From Bacillota bacterium (GTDB lineage Bacteria > Bacillota > Ch66), in contig JABLXP010000001.1 in assembly GCA_013178045.1 (NCBI GenBank), positions 96,780 through 160,779 on the forward strand: 64,000 nucleotides of DNA, written 5' to 3'. Position 1 is the first letter of the stretch. Every line of letters begins with the position of its first letter. Both the position numbers and the translations under genes were made by a program. Below are positions 39,296 to 49,505 of this stretch, piece by piece. The notes beneath the pieces are model-generated. The model saw only the letters and a program-made list of their open reading frames with translations, was not told the DNA's origin and ran no database searches.

Positions 39296-40522
39296 TTGCG
39301 AATTATAGTCCAGAAATTTGGAGGGTCTTCAGTTGCTTCCCCAGCCCAGCGGCAACAGGTCGTTAAGAAGATAATTTCCGCGGTCCAGGAAGGATACTCT
39401 CCTGTAGTCGTAGTTTCGGCGATGGGACGCAAAGGTGATCCATACGCGACAGACACGTTTATTGGATTGGTAAAAGAGATTACCAGTGATTATCCAGCCC
39501 GAGAAATGGATATTCTTATGTCGTGCGGCGAAATCATTTCGGCAGCAGTAATGGTAGCTACTCTAAGGAAAATGGGTTACGAGAGTTGCTTATTAACCGG
39601 CCGTGACGCTGGCATTATCACTGACAAAAATTTTGGGGACGCCCGGATCATCAAAGTACTACCTCAGCGTATTTTTGAACTCCTCCAGGAGAAGAAAATC
39701 GTCGTTGTTACCGGCTTCCAGGGCGTCACAGAGGACGGAGATATTACTACGCTAGGCCGGGGGGGGAGCGATACAACGGCTTGTGCACTCGGGGTGGCGC
39801 TGGATGCAGAAGTTATTGATATTTATACCGATGTGGAAGGAATTATGACGGCGGATCCCCGAATTGTTGAAGACGCAAAGCTGCTCGACACCGTTACCTA
39901 CAACGAGATCTGCCAGCTAGCGCATCAGGGGGCGAAAGTAATTCACCCGCGGGCAGTGGAAATTGCGATGCAGAAAAATATTCCGGTGCGAGTGCGGTCG
40001 ACCTTCTCGGATCACCCGGGTACTCTGGTGAGTAACCTGGGTGGAGGCAATGAATTGGGGACTGACATCAGGAACGACCGGCTGGTCACCGGTATCACCC
40101 AGATTCCTAATATTACTCAAATCCGTATCTTGACGCGAGAAGTTTCTGAACCAGCAGGGCTGGAATTAAAAATTTTTAAAGCTATGGCGCTGGCAGGAAT
40201 CAGCGTTGACTTTATCAACGTTACTCCCGAAGCAGTGTTGTTTACGGTCAAAGAGGAACAGGCAGAGAAAGCAGTGCAAATCTTGCAGAATATGAATTTT
40301 ATACCCCAGGTTCGCCACGGTTGTGCTAAGGTCTCAGTAGTTGGGGCGGGCATGGCGGGCATTCCCGGCGTTATGGCGGCGATTGTCGAAGCACTTACTC
40401 GAGAAGGCATTCAAATCCTTCAGTCCTCGGATTCTCACACCACCATCTGGTGTCTGGTAGAGCGGGAGGACATGGAAAGGGCTGTCCGAGCTTTGCACCA
40501 GCAGTTTAAACTCGGTCAGTAA
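39296..40522 (+). CDS. dapG: Aspartate kinase (DapG-type, with C-terminal ACT domains)
   Basis: VQKFGGSSV kinase motif and tandem ACT domains. TTG start after AGGAGGG. Confidence 0.9.
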   Translation: MRIIVQKFGGSSVASPAQRQQVVKKIISAVQEGYSPVVVVSAMGRKGDPYATDTFIGLVKEITSDYPAREMDILMSCGEIISAAVMVATLRKMGYESCLLTGRDAGIITDKNFGDARIIKVLPQRIFELLQEKKIVVVTGFQGVTEDGDITTLGRGGSDTTACALGVALDAEVIDIYTDVEGIMTADPRIVEDAKLLDTVTYNEICQLAHQGAKVIHPRAVEIAMQKNIPVRVRSTFSDHPGTLVSNLGGGNELGTDIRNDRLVTGITQIPNITQIRILTREVSEPAGLELKIFKAMALAGISVDFINVTPEAVLFTVKEEQAEKAVQILQNMNFIPQVRHGCAKVSVVGAGMAGIPGVMAAIVEALTREGIQILQSSDSHTTIWCLVEREDMERAVRALHQQFKLGQ

Positions 40523-40553
40523 AGATATTTAATTTGATTGGGCGGTGAAAGAA

Positions 40554-41435
40554 ATGACCGATTTCGGGCGTGTCTTAACGGCAATGGTTACACCGTTTGA
40601 TTCGTCTCTCCAGGTGGATATCCCCGGAGCCCAAAAGCTGGCCCGGCACCTGGTTCAGACCGGATCAGACACCTTGGTGGTCGCCGGAACGACCGGCGAG
40701 TCGCCTACTTTAACCTACCAAGAAAAACTAGACCTTTTTGCCGCGGTGAAAGAAGCTGTTGGCAGCAAGGCCAAGGTGATTGCCGGCACCGGCAGCAATG
40801 ATACCGCGAAAGCTATTGAGTTGAGCGCAGAAGCCGCCAAACTCGGTGTTGACGGTCTCATGCTGGTAACCCCTTATTACAACAAACCTTCACAGGAAGG
40901 TTTGTACCAGCATTTTTTGGCGGTAGCCAAAAAAGTAGACCTGCCAATTATGATGTACAACGTTCCCGGACGGACTGCTACCAACCTTTTACCCAGCACT
41001 GTGGCCAGACTAGCCCAAATTGACAATATTGTCGCCCTTAAAGAGGCTGCAGGCAGCCTTGACCAGCTATCTGACCTGATGCGTGTTGTACCACCGGCAT
41101 TTTCTATCTATTCAGGGGATGATTCGTTAACCCTGCCCATGCTGGCGGTTGGGGCCCGCGGCATCGTCAGTGTGGCCTCCCACCTCGTTGGCCAGCGTTT
41201 GCAGGAGATGATTTCTGCGTATATCAAGGGCGATGTTACCAAAGCCAGAGAGATTCATCTCGAACTCTTCCCTCTCTTCAAGGTCTTGTTCATTACCTCA
41301 AACCCAGTGCCAGTAAAAAAAGCTTTAAATCTTCTAGGTTTACCAGCAGGTGGGCTTAGATTGCCACTGGTTGAGGCAACCCCGCAGGAAACGGAGCAAA
41401 TCCGGGATGTGCTTCAGCAATTGAAGTTAATTTAA
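40554..41435 (+). CDS. dapA: 4-hydroxy-tetrahydrodipicolinate synthase
   Basis: DapA family sequence (TAMVTPF, GTTGES, the YNVP...K Schiff-base region). The ORF-track start is 40545. Confidence 0.95.
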   Translation: MTDFGRVLTAMVTPFDSSLQVDIPGAQKLARHLVQTGSDTLVVAGTTGESPTLTYQEKLDLFAAVKEAVGSKAKVIAGTGSNDTAKAIELSAEAAKLGVDGLMLVTPYYNKPSQEGLYQHFLAVAKKVDLPIMMYNVPGRTATNLLPSTVARLAQIDNIVALKEAAGSLDQLSDLMRVVPPAFSIYSGDDSLTLPMLAVGARGIVSVASHLVGQRLQEMISAYIKGDVTKAREIHLELFPLFKVLFITSNPVPVKKALNLLGLPAGGLRLPLVEATPQETEQIRDVLQQLKLI

Positions 41436-41471
41436 ATTGTAGTTAATTATTCAAGAGAAGGTGAAATAATT

Positions 41472-41512
41472 AACAGCAAGGGAAGTATTTTGCTTCCCTT
41501 GCTGTTGTTATT
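41472..41512 (+). terminator. Strong rho-independent terminator after dapA
   Basis: AACAGCAAGGGAAG-TATTTT-GCTTCCCTTGCTGTT, a 14-15-bp stem followed by a T-containing tail. Confidence 0.7.
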
Positions 41513-41570
41513 AGGGCAACATTTGTGACAATTTGAATATAATCCGATTAAGACAATCCAACGACTTGGC

Positions 41571-41599
41571 TTGTACCCGATCGGGGCATAATGTATAAT
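41571..41599 (+). promoter_or_regulatory. Sigma-A promoter of rnjA
   Basis: TTGTAC, a 17-nt spacer, then TATAAT. Confidence 0.45.
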
Positions 41600-41758
41600 A
41601 AATAGAGAATGCACGGTGCGGTAGGTTAGAGAATACCTGTTCTATCAACATTTGCCCAAAATAATCGGTAAGGTCGGATGATTCAGTTATATGAACGGGA
41701 GACTTCAATGAATTACTTACGCACATGGTTCGGATGATTTAAGATATATGGAGGTGAA

Positions 41759-43417
41759 TTGATGGCAGAAAAAAAACTAAATATTATTCCACTGGGCGGA
41801 CTCGGTGAAATTGGTAAAAACATAATGGTAGTTCGGTATGATAACCACATCATTGTTATTGATGCGGGCCTTATGTTTCCGGAAGATGAAATGCTGGGTA
41901 TTGACATTGTCATCCCCGATATTACCTATCTCAAGGAGAATCGGGAACTGGTTAGAGGCATCATATTGACCCATGGCCATGAAGACCATATTGGTGCCCT
42001 GCCATATGTTTTGAAAGAATTGCCCGTACCGGTTTATGGCACCCAGCTGACCCTGGGACTATTGCAGGGTAAATTGAAGGAAAACGATGTGCAAGGTGAT
42101 TTGCGCTGTGTTAAGCCGCGCGACGTGCTGAATCTAGGGCCTTTCCGGGTGGAATTCTTTAGAGTCAGTCACAGCATTGCCGACTCGGTTGGCCTGGCCA
42201 TCCATACGCCGGTAGGGACAATCGTTCACTCCGGTGATTTTAAGGTTGACCAAACCCCAGTTGACGGAGTAGTCATGGATTTTCACAAGCTGGCTGAATT
42301 AGGTGACCACGGTGTTCTGGTTCTTTTGGCTGACAGCACCAACGCGGAACGGCCCGGATACACGATGTCAGAGCGGGTCGTCGGCGAAACGTTTGATGAA
42401 ACTTTCCGGACAGCGAAAGAGAGGATTATTATCGCGACGTTTGCTTCGAACGTCCACCGGTTGCAACAGGCCATCACGACGGCCCACAAGTACCAACGGA
42501 AAGTTGCCGTGGTTGGTCGCAGCATGGTCAATGTGGTAAATGTGGCTTCGGAGTTGGGTTACTTAACTATTCCTGCGGATACACTGGTTGATGTTGAAGA
42601 TCTTAATCGAGTGCCCAGGAATAAACTGGCCATTCTCACCACCGGGAGCCAGGGTGAGCCAATGTCTGCTTTGACCAGAATGGCGATGGCCGACCATCGC
42701 TGGGTGGAGATTGTTCCCGGTGATACGGTGATCATTTCAGCGATTCCCATCCCGGGTAATGAGAAACTGGTGGCGCGAACGATTGACCTTCTCTTCCGAC
42801 AGGGAGCAGAGGTGATCTACGAGTCGGTTTCGGGAATCCACGTTTCTGGCCATGCCAGTCAGGAAGAGCTAAAACTGATGATCAATCTGGTCCGCCCCAA
42901 GTTCTTCGTACCGGTTCATGGAGAATACCGACATTTGATTAAACATGCTCAACTCGCGCAGAAGCTGGGTATACCGCGAGAAAATATTTTTGTGGCTGAG
43001 AACGGGCAGGTACTGGAATTCACCCGCCACAGAGGTTCAATCAGCGGCCGGGTGACGGCTGGCCGGGTTCTGGTTGATGGACTGGGGGTTGGTGATGTTG
43101 GTAATATTGTCTTGCGTGACCGCAAGCAGTTGTCTCAGGACGGGATTATGGTCGTTGTTGTAACGATCGATAAGGAATGCGGTTGTGTCATTGCTGGTCC
43201 AGATATAGTATCGCGTGGGTTTGTTTATGTGCGTGAGTCAGAAGGATTGATGGAAGATGCCCGAGAACGAGTTCGTCTAGCCCTGGAGAAATGTGAAGAC
43301 CGAAAAATAACCGAATGGGCGGCGATCAAGTCAAACATCCGGGATGTGCTCGGCAAGTTCTTATATGAAAAAACCAGAAGACGTCCCATGATCTTACCGA
43401 TAATCATGGAAGTATAG
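41759..43417 (+). CDS. rnjA: Ribonuclease J
   Basis: Metallo-beta-lactamase HGHEDHIG motif plus beta-CASP and C-terminal domains. ~552 aa. Confidence 0.9.
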   Translation: MMAEKKLNIIPLGGLGEIGKNIMVVRYDNHIIVIDAGLMFPEDEMLGIDIVIPDITYLKENRELVRGIILTHGHEDHIGALPYVLKELPVPVYGTQLTLGLLQGKLKENDVQGDLRCVKPRDVLNLGPFRVEFFRVSHSIADSVGLAIHTPVGTIVHSGDFKVDQTPVDGVVMDFHKLAELGDHGVLVLLADSTNAERPGYTMSERVVGETFDETFRTAKERIIIATFASNVHRLQQAITTAHKYQRKVAVVGRSMVNVVNVASELGYLTIPADTLVDVEDLNRVPRNKLAILTTGSQGEPMSALTRMAMADHRWVEIVPGDTVIISAIPIPGNEKLVARTIDLLFRQGAEVIYESVSGIHVSGHASQEELKLMINLVRPKFFVPVHGEYRHLIKHAQLAQKLGIPRENIFVAENGQVLEFTRHRGSISGRVTAGRVLVDGLGVGDVGNIVLRDRKQLSQDGIMVVVVTIDKECGCVIAGPDIVSRGFVYVRESEGLMEDARERVRLALEKCEDRKITEWAAIKSNIRDVLGKFLYEKTRRRPMILPIIMEV

Positions 43418-43507
43418 AAGATATGCAGGATCAACCTGCGTATCTTTTTTTGCTGAAATCGCATACTAGAACTGTTAATGGAAAGATTAAGGAGAGTGGG
43501 AAATCGT

Positions 43508-44302
43508 ATGGATGGTTGGTTTGCGAATTTGTCAAATTTGTCAGATAGCCTGAGTTCTGAGAGGACGGCGCAGAACGAACCGGTGGCACCGGCTGAAGCT
43601 CCAAAGGGGCGAAAGAAACAAGCGGGAAAAAAACTCGAGGCAGTCAAGGAGTTGGGCCAACTGGATGTCCCAGAGATGAAGAGTAATATCCACTGCATGC
43701 CGATTGTCGGACAGATCGAAGGGCACCTGGTCTTGCCACCCCAAAATAAGACCACTAAATATGAACACGTCATTCCTCAACTGGTGGCTGTGGAGCAAAA
43801 CCCGGAAATCGAAGGTATGCTGGTGATTTTGAACACGGTGGGAGGCGATGTGGAAGCTGGCCTAGCCATCGCCGAGATGATCGTCAGCATGTCAAAACCA
43901 ACGGTTTCCCTGGTACTGGGCGGAGGACATTCGATTGGTGTCCCGATTTCGGTGGCATCCAACTATTCATTTATCGCCGAAACCGCGACCATGACCGTTC
44001 ACCCGATCAGACTGACCGGCCTGGTCATTGGCGTGCCGCAAACATATGAGTACTTGGACAAGATGCAGGACAGGGTCGTCCGCTTTGTTACTGAGCACTC
44101 CAAGATTGATGATAAAAAGTTTCGTGAACTGATGTTCAGGACCGGCGAGCTAGCCAGGGATATCGGCACTGTTTTAGTAGGTAAAGACGCGGTTGAAGTC
44201 GGCCTGATCGATGAAGTTGGGGGACTGGCCAAGGCAGTAGCCAAGCTGAAGGAATTAATCCGCCTCCACAAAGAAAGGAATCAGGGGGTACCGATTCAAT
44301 GA
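43508..44302 (+). CDS. tepA: ClpP-fold translocation-enhancing protein TepA (YmfB-like)
   Basis: ClpP/crotonase-like core ([18 protein letters not shown]) at the conserved position after rnjA. RBS-supported ATG at 43508. The ORF-track start is 43478. Confidence 0.7.
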   Translation: MDGWFANLSNLSDSLSSERTAQNEPVAPAEAPKGRKKQAGKKLEAVKELGQLDVPEMKSNIHCMPIVGQIEGHLVLPPQNKTTKYEHVIPQLVAVEQNPEIEGMLVILNTVGGDVEAGLAIAEMIVSMSKPTVSLVLGGGHSIGVPISVASNYSFIAETATMTVHPIRLTGLVIGVPQTYEYLDKMQDRVVRFVTEHSKIDDKKFRELMFRTGELARDIGTVLVGKDAVEVGLIDEVGGLAKAVAKLKELIRLHKERNQGVPIQ

Positions 44303-44529
44303 TTTTATACACCGCCCTGCCAATCGAACTGATTCTGGAAGGCTCTGAGTGTGAGCGTAAATTCCGACAAATTGAGCTCGATGGCGTCAAGCTGCTGGTG
44401 GAGGCGACCGGTGAAGAAGAGGGCCGGATTGTCCAGGTGCTCAGTTCCGATCCCAACGATTTTCTCAATCCATCGTTTCAGCCCGGCCAAACCGTGAAAT
44501 TTTATTCTTGCGCTGCGGTGGTGGATTAA
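44299..44529 (+). CDS. ylzJ: YlzJ-like small protein
   Basis: 76-aa ORF translationally coupled to tepA (ATGA overlap), at the B. subtilis ylzJ position. Confidence 0.5.
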   Translation: MILYTALPIELILEGSECERKFRQIELDGVKLLVEATGEEEGRIVQVLSSDPNDFLNPSFQPGQTVKFYSCAAVVD

Positions 44530-44535
44530 GCGACC

Positions 44536-45045
44536 ATGCGCCGTGTCATGCGAAATCACGTTGTAGGAAAAAATTCGCTTCAGTACCTCTACCAAACCGT
44601 CAGTCCAGTGAAAGTCATTAGGAATTACCTGATCATCACGTTGGGCCGAATTTGCCCTTCACTGCGGCTGAAAAATTTCCTGTACCGGTTTTTTTTGAAG
44701 ATGCAGATTGGCCAGGATGTTTCCCTGGGTCTGCACATGATGCCGGATGTTTTCTTTCCCGAAAAGATATCAATTGGGGAAAACACGATCATCGGATATA
44801 ACACTGTGATTTTGACCCACGAGTATTTGCTTAACGAGTGGCGGGTCGGGCGGGTGGAGATCGGGAAAAATGTGCTGATTGGTGCTAACAGTACTATTCT
44901 ACCTGGAATAAGCGTCGGGGACAATGCGGTGGTGTCGGCAGCGTCCCTGGTGAATAAAGATGTTCCCGCTGGCGCTTTTGTCGGCGGAGTGCCGGCCAGA
45001 CCAATCCCGCGGAAGATCAGTCAGAAGATTCCAGAAAGGGTTTAG
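44536..45045 (+). CDS. Hexapeptide-repeat (left-handed beta-helix) acyl/acetyltransferase
   Basis: Isoleucine-patch repeats IGENTIIGYNTVI, IGKNVLIGANSTI and VGDNAVVSAASLV. Confidence 0.7.
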   Translation: MRRVMRNHVVGKNSLQYLYQTVSPVKVIRNYLIITLGRICPSLRLKNFLYRFFLKMQIGQDVSLGLHMMPDVFFPEKISIGENTIIGYNTVILTHEYLLNEWRVGRVEIGKNVLIGANSTILPGISVGDNAVVSAASLVNKDVPAGAFVGGVPARPIPRKISQKIPERV

Positions 45046-45125
45046 TTAGGTATTTATGCTCTTCCAGGGGCTATTTTAAAGCTATAACTGCCATGTTGCC
45101 TTGACTAGTGAATTACCATTATTAG

Positions 45126-45163
45126 CCTTTCTCTTGGTGCGGGAGAAAGGTTTTAATTTTTCT
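45126..45163 (+). terminator. Rho-independent terminator after the acetyltransferase gene
   Basis: CCTTTCTC-TTGGTGCGG-GAGAAAGG followed by TTTTAATTTTTCTC. Confidence 0.55.
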
Positions 45164-45265
45164 CATCGTGTTTTAGTTGATGATGGAATCCTCTTCATGG
45201 AGTAAATAAGGAAATTGTGGTATAATTGGCCTGTGTATACCAGTTTCTGTTAACATTATGGGGGG

Positions 45266-47506
45266 ATGGTCATGAGTCGACCAGTGCGAATCGCGAAAGC
45301 GCCTCGTTCAAGACATAAGTATGAAATTCTAGGTTTGACTCTTGTGGCTGTAGGAGTATTGGCTCTGGTTAGTTTATTCAATTTGGCCGATTCGAACAGT
45401 GGGACCGGCCGGGTCGGCACCTGGTTGGCTACTCTGCTGGTGAAACTGGGTGGACAGGGAAAATATCTTCTGCCATTGGCTATCGGGTGGTTGGGGGTAC
45501 AAATGATTCGTCTTCGCTCTAACCCGTTTAGGTTAACTTCCACTTACGTACTAGTTGTGACTTGTTGTTTAGCTATTCTGACGTTCTTGCATTTACAACT
45601 GCCCTTCGACCAGTACTGGTCGAGGGGCTGGGAGGGCCAGGGTGGAGGGATTCTAGGAGCGGTAATTGCCTATCTCTTCACGAAAGCCTTTGGACTGTTG
45701 GGCACTTACATCGTGCTGGGAACATTCTGTCTGGCCGCTGTCGTATCAGCAACCGATCTTTCCCTGGTGGCCATGGTTCAGCGCTTGCTTCACTTGGTCG
45801 GGTGTTCGTATCAGAAGGCCCGTGAACACTTGGCAAATTTTCTCTTTGTCGTGGTAGATGAAGAGGAAGAAGTAGATAAGAACAAAGAGGTTCAGCCAGT
45901 GATGGAGGAGCGGGAACCGATTATTATTGACCACGGCGAGGTGGTGACGGGTCCGTCTATCCAAGCAGTTTCCAGTAAAGACAAGACCGGGCAAAAGCCG
46001 GCCCGGAAAGACCTGCCGACGCCCAAATCACCTCCCCGGGCAGCCAACCAGCTTGTTGAGGTTGAGCCGCCAGCTATGGGCATCTTTGTTCTTCCACCAC
46101 TGAGCTTGCTCGATAATTCACTGCGGGTTAAGAATACCAGACTTAATAAAGATATTACTGACAACATTCGCATTCTGGAAGAAACTCTTGACAGTTTCGG
46201 GGTCCGGGCAAAAGTGACGCAGGTCAATCGGGGACCAACCATCACCAGGTATGAAATGCAGCCGGCTCCTGGGATCAAGGTGAGTAAAATTGTTAGTCTG
46301 GCCGATGATATCGCTCTCAGCTTGGCTGCTCCCGACGTGCGGATCGAAGCTCCCATTCCCGGTAAAGCAGCCGTAGGGATCGAGGTTCCCAATAAGGAAA
46401 TTACCCTGGTTAATTTTCGGGAAGTTTTGGAAAGCCAGGAGTGGCAGGAAAGCTCTTCTAAATTGACGGTTGCACTGGGGAAAGATATCGCGGGCAACGC
46501 TGTGGTAGCCGATTTAACCAAAATGCCGCATCTGTTGATCGCCGGCGCCACTGGATCAGGTAAGAGCGTGTGTATGAATACCCTGATTGCCAGCCTGCTA
46601 TTCCGAGCAACACCTGACGAAGTCAAATTTTTAATGTTTGACCCCAAGATGGTGGAGTTAACCACTTACAACGGAATTCCGCATTTGATCACTCCAGTTG
46701 TGACCAATCCCAAAAAGGCAGCGGTGGCCTTGCGCTGGGTGGTGACGGAAATGGAAAAGCGGTACGAAAAGTTTGCTACCAGCGGCACTAAAGATATGGT
46801 GCGGTATAATCAATTAAAACTGAAAGAAAATCAGCCCCATCTTTGTTTGCCCTATATCGTGGTGTTGATTGATGAGTTGGCTGACCTGATGATGATTGCC
46901 CCAGCCGATGTGGAAGACGCGGTCATCAGGCTGGCTCAAATGGCTAGGGCAGCGGGAATTCACTTGGTCTTGGCTACGCAGCGGCCATCCGTCGACGTTA
47001 TTACGGGCTTAATCAAGGCGAATATTCCGTCGCGGATCGCTTTTGCGGTTTCCTCTCAGATCGATTCGCGAACGATACTGGATATGAACGGAGCGGAAAG
47101 ATTACTGGGACGCGGGGATATGTTGTTCATGCCAGTGGGAGCGCCGAAGCCAATCCGAGTCCAGGGAGCTTATATCTCTGACCGTGAGGTAGAGCAGATC
47201 GTAAATTTCTTGAGGAAACAGGGCCGTCCCCAATATGTTGAGGGTATCACTAATGTTGATCCGAGCAGTAGTGCGGAGCAGATGCAGGAAGATGAGTTGC
47301 TACCGGAGGCAGTTCGGTTATTCATCGAAGCTGGCCAGGCTTCGATCTCCTTATTGCAGCGGCGCTTCCGGATCGGTTACACCCGGGCTGCTCGCTTAAT
47401 CGACATGATGGAAGAGCGGGGAATAATTGGTCGGTACGAGGGGAGTAAACCGCGAGAAGTTTTGATGACTATAGAACAGTATGAGAACACATTTGGTAAG
47501 TTTTAA
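45266..47506 (+). CDS. ftsK: DNA translocase FtsK/SpoIIIE
   Basis: N-terminal TM segments, GATGSGKS Walker A and a C-terminal gamma winged-helix domain. Confidence 0.9.
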   Translation: MVMSRPVRIAKAPRSRHKYEILGLTLVAVGVLALVSLFNLADSNSGTGRVGTWLATLLVKLGGQGKYLLPLAIGWLGVQMIRLRSNPFRLTSTYVLVVTCCLAILTFLHLQLPFDQYWSRGWEGQGGGILGAVIAYLFTKAFGLLGTYIVLGTFCLAAVVSATDLSLVAMVQRLLHLVGCSYQKAREHLANFLFVVVDEEEEVDKNKEVQPVMEEREPIIIDHGEVVTGPSIQAVSSKDKTGQKPARKDLPTPKSPPRAANQLVEVEPPAMGIFVLPPLSLLDNSLRVKNTRLNKDITDNIRILEETLDSFGVRAKVTQVNRGPTITRYEMQPAPGIKVSKIVSLADDIALSLAAPDVRIEAPIPGKAAVGIEVPNKEITLVNFREVLESQEWQESSSKLTVALGKDIAGNAVVADLTKMPHLLIAGATGSGKSVCMNTLIASLLFRATPDEVKFLMFDPKMVELTTYNGIPHLITPVVTNPKKAAVALRWVVTEMEKRYEKFATSGTKDMVRYNQLKLKENQPHLCLPYIVVLIDELADLMMIAPADVEDAVIRLAQMARAAGIHLVLATQRPSVDVITGLIKANIPSRIAFAVSSQIDSRTILDMNGAERLLGRGDMLFMPVGAPKPIRVQGAYISDREVEQIVNFLRKQGRPQYVEGITNVDPSSSAEQMQEDELLPEAVRLFIEAGQASISLLQRRFRIGYTRAARLIDMMEERGIIGRYEGSKPREVLMTIEQYENTFGKF

Positions 47507-47521
47507 TCAGCGGCAAAAAGT

Positions 47522-47550
47522 TTGAAATAGATTTCCCTGGGTGATATACT
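47522..47550 (+). promoter_or_regulatory. Candidate sigma-A promoter for selU
   Basis: TTGAAA, a 17-nt spacer, then TATACT. Confidence 0.4.
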
Positions 47551-47634
47551 GAGGGAAAAAGAAGAGGGTTTAATAACCATATGTCACCCTAATCACCACG
47601 ACGGCAGAGTTAGGAGGACAACAACTGGTTTTAG

Positions 47635-48684
47635 ATGGTTATGCATAAAATAATCACCGCTGAAGAAGCAGTAAAATTGACTAATCAGATTTTTGTAGAT
47701 GTCCGTTCGGAAAGTGAGTTTGCGGAAAACACGTACCCGGGGGCGGTCAATCTACCAGTATTAAACGATCAGGAGCGGGTACAAGTCGGTACTATTTATC
47801 ATCAAGTCAGCCCCCAAGCCGCCAAGATTAAGGCACTGGAGATCATCGCACCGAAATTGCCAGGTCTGGTAGCTCAGATCGCGGAGTGGAGTCAAAAAGG
47901 GGAAGTAGTCCTCTTTTGCTGGCGGGGGGGCATGAGGAGTCAGGCCCTGGCTACAGTCTGCGACTTGATGGGGATTCCGGTTCGGCGTCTAGCCGGAGGG
48001 CTCAAAGGATATCGACGCTTTGTCAATGCCTACCTGAATAATTTAGAGCTACAAGCAGAGATAGTCGTTTTACATGGTTTAACCGGGGTAGGCAAGACAG
48101 ATATGCTCAAGGAACTCAGTAAGCTTGGGGTGGCGACGATAGATCTGGAGGGATTGGCACATAATCGGGGCTCTGTTTTTGGTGATATTGGGATGCCTCC
48201 CCCTCCGAGTCAAAAAAGTTTTGAGGCCGCGCTGGTCCAACATTTGATTCGCTTTGCTCCAGAGCGGTTTATCGTGGTTGAGTGTGAAAGCAGACGGATT
48301 GGCCGCAATGTAATACCTGAGCGATTTTTTGCAGCCATGCAGGCTGGTCGCCACATATTGCTGTATGATACCCTGGAGAATCGGATCAACCGGTTAGTCA
48401 AAGTATATGTAGATGATGACCAGGACAATCTCCATGAACTGCAGGCGGCGGTGACAGCCTTAGAAAAACGACTGGGGAAGAAAAAGGTGGCGGAGCTCAA
48501 CGAATTGATCCGTTCCCGAGATTTTACCACTGTGGTAAAAGTGTTGTTGCTTGAGTACTATGATCCTCTGTATAATTATCCGAGTGGCCCAAGTCCGGAA
48601 TATGAGTTGTGTGTTGACGCGGGAAATATTCAGGCCGGGGCGGCCCAAATTAATGAGTATCTGAATTCAGTAGCGTCTGACTAA
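47635..48684 (+). CDS. selU: tRNA 2-selenouridine synthase (rhodanese domain plus P-loop)
   Basis: N-terminal rhodanese domain with the catalytic Cys loop (LFCWRGGMRS), followed by Walker A LHGLTGVGKT. This is the MnmH/SelU architecture. Confidence 0.75.
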   Translation: MVMHKIITAEEAVKLTNQIFVDVRSESEFAENTYPGAVNLPVLNDQERVQVGTIYHQVSPQAAKIKALEIIAPKLPGLVAQIAEWSQKGEVVLFCWRGGMRSQALATVCDLMGIPVRRLAGGLKGYRRFVNAYLNNLELQAEIVVLHGLTGVGKTDMLKELSKLGVATIDLEGLAHNRGSVFGDIGMPPPPSQKSFEAALVQHLIRFAPERFIVVECESRRIGRNVIPERFFAAMQAGRHILLYDTLENRINRLVKVYVDDDQDNLHELQAAVTALEKRLGKKKVAELNELIRSRDFTTVVKVLLLEYYDPLYNYPSGPSPEYELCVDAGNIQAGAAQINEYLNSVASD

Positions 48685-48714
48685 ATATGTTAATTATCGG
48701 AAGGAGGTTAAGGG

Positions 48715-49485
48715 TTGGTGAATATTGGTGATCAGTTAAAGGAGGCGCGCCAGCGAAAAGGGTTGACGATAGCTGAGGCGGAGATGGCTACTAAAATCAG
48801 AGGAAAATACCTGCGGGCTCTGGAAGAGGGAGCTTATGAAGAACTTCCAGCCCGGGTCTATTCTGTTGGCTTCCTCAGAACGTACGCCCGGTTTCTCGGC
48901 ATCAATCCAGAGGAACTGGTTGAGGAGTTCAAAGCCATTTCCGCTGATCCAGAACGACCGGCCAACCTTGAGCCTGTGGTAAATAAGGAGCCTTTCGGCT
49001 GGCGGATTAATTCTCGGCAGCTCCGGTTTGGCTTGATTGTTGGTATAGCGGTGATATTGCTGGGGATACCGGTATATTGGCTCAGCAGGGGACATTCTTC
49101 TACGAAAATGCCACCAGCGTCCAGTCAGATAACGAGTGTTAACCAGCCTGATCCGGCAGCAGTTCAGCCTATTCAAGAACCCAGCCCTGCCCCACCGACC
49201 AATTCAGTTCAACCGGCCCGCCCGACCCAGCCAGTCAACGGGAGAATTACTTTGGAACTGTTAGCTCAAGAAAACACCTGGGTTCAGGTGGCGGTTGATG
49301 GCGTTAATACTTTTACAGGCAAGCTGACACCAGGGGAACGCAAATTGTTCAGCGGTAATGAGCGCGTGTGGATGTTGATCGGTAACGCTGGGGGAGTGGA
49401 ATTGATTAAGAACGGGACCAGCTTAGGTTTCCCAGGGAAAAAAGGCCAGGTGGTCCAACAAGAGTTTCGTGTAGATAATAATTGA
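48715..49485 (+). CDS. rodZ: RodZ-like cytoskeletal protein (XRE HTH, TM, Pro-rich linker, DUF4115)
   Basis: N-terminal HTH (LKEARQRKGLTIAEAEMATKIRGKYLRALEEG), a TM helix, a P/Q-rich linker and a C-terminal beta domain. Confidence 0.75.
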   Translation: MVNIGDQLKEARQRKGLTIAEAEMATKIRGKYLRALEEGAYEELPARVYSVGFLRTYARFLGINPEELVEEFKAISADPERPANLEPVVNKEPFGWRINSRQLRFGLIVGIAVILLGIPVYWLSRGHSSTKMPPASSQITSVNQPDPAAVQPIQEPSPAPPTNSVQPARPTQPVNGRITLELLAQENTWVQVAVDGVNTFTGKLTPGERKLFSGNERVWMLIGNAGGVELIKNGTSLGFPGKKGQVVQQEFRVDNN

Positions 49486-49505
49486 ACTTGAATGAGGGGA
49501 TACAA

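Noticed and set aside
41511-41726. 71-aa minus-strand ORF in the rnjA leader
   Set aside because: It lies inside the rnjA promoter and 5'UTR and is antisense to the direction of transcription, with no RBS. It is more likely non-coding.
43225-43773. 182-aa minus-strand ORF spanning the rnjA-tepA junction
   Set aside because: It is antisense to two well-supported + strand genes and their intergenic RBS, and its translation is not family-like.
45892-46665. 257-aa ORF on the minus strand
   Set aside because: It is entirely antisense to the strongly supported ftsK/spoIIIE coding region, its translation is low-complexity (S/T/R/G-rich) and it has no RBS. This is a typical antisense artifact.
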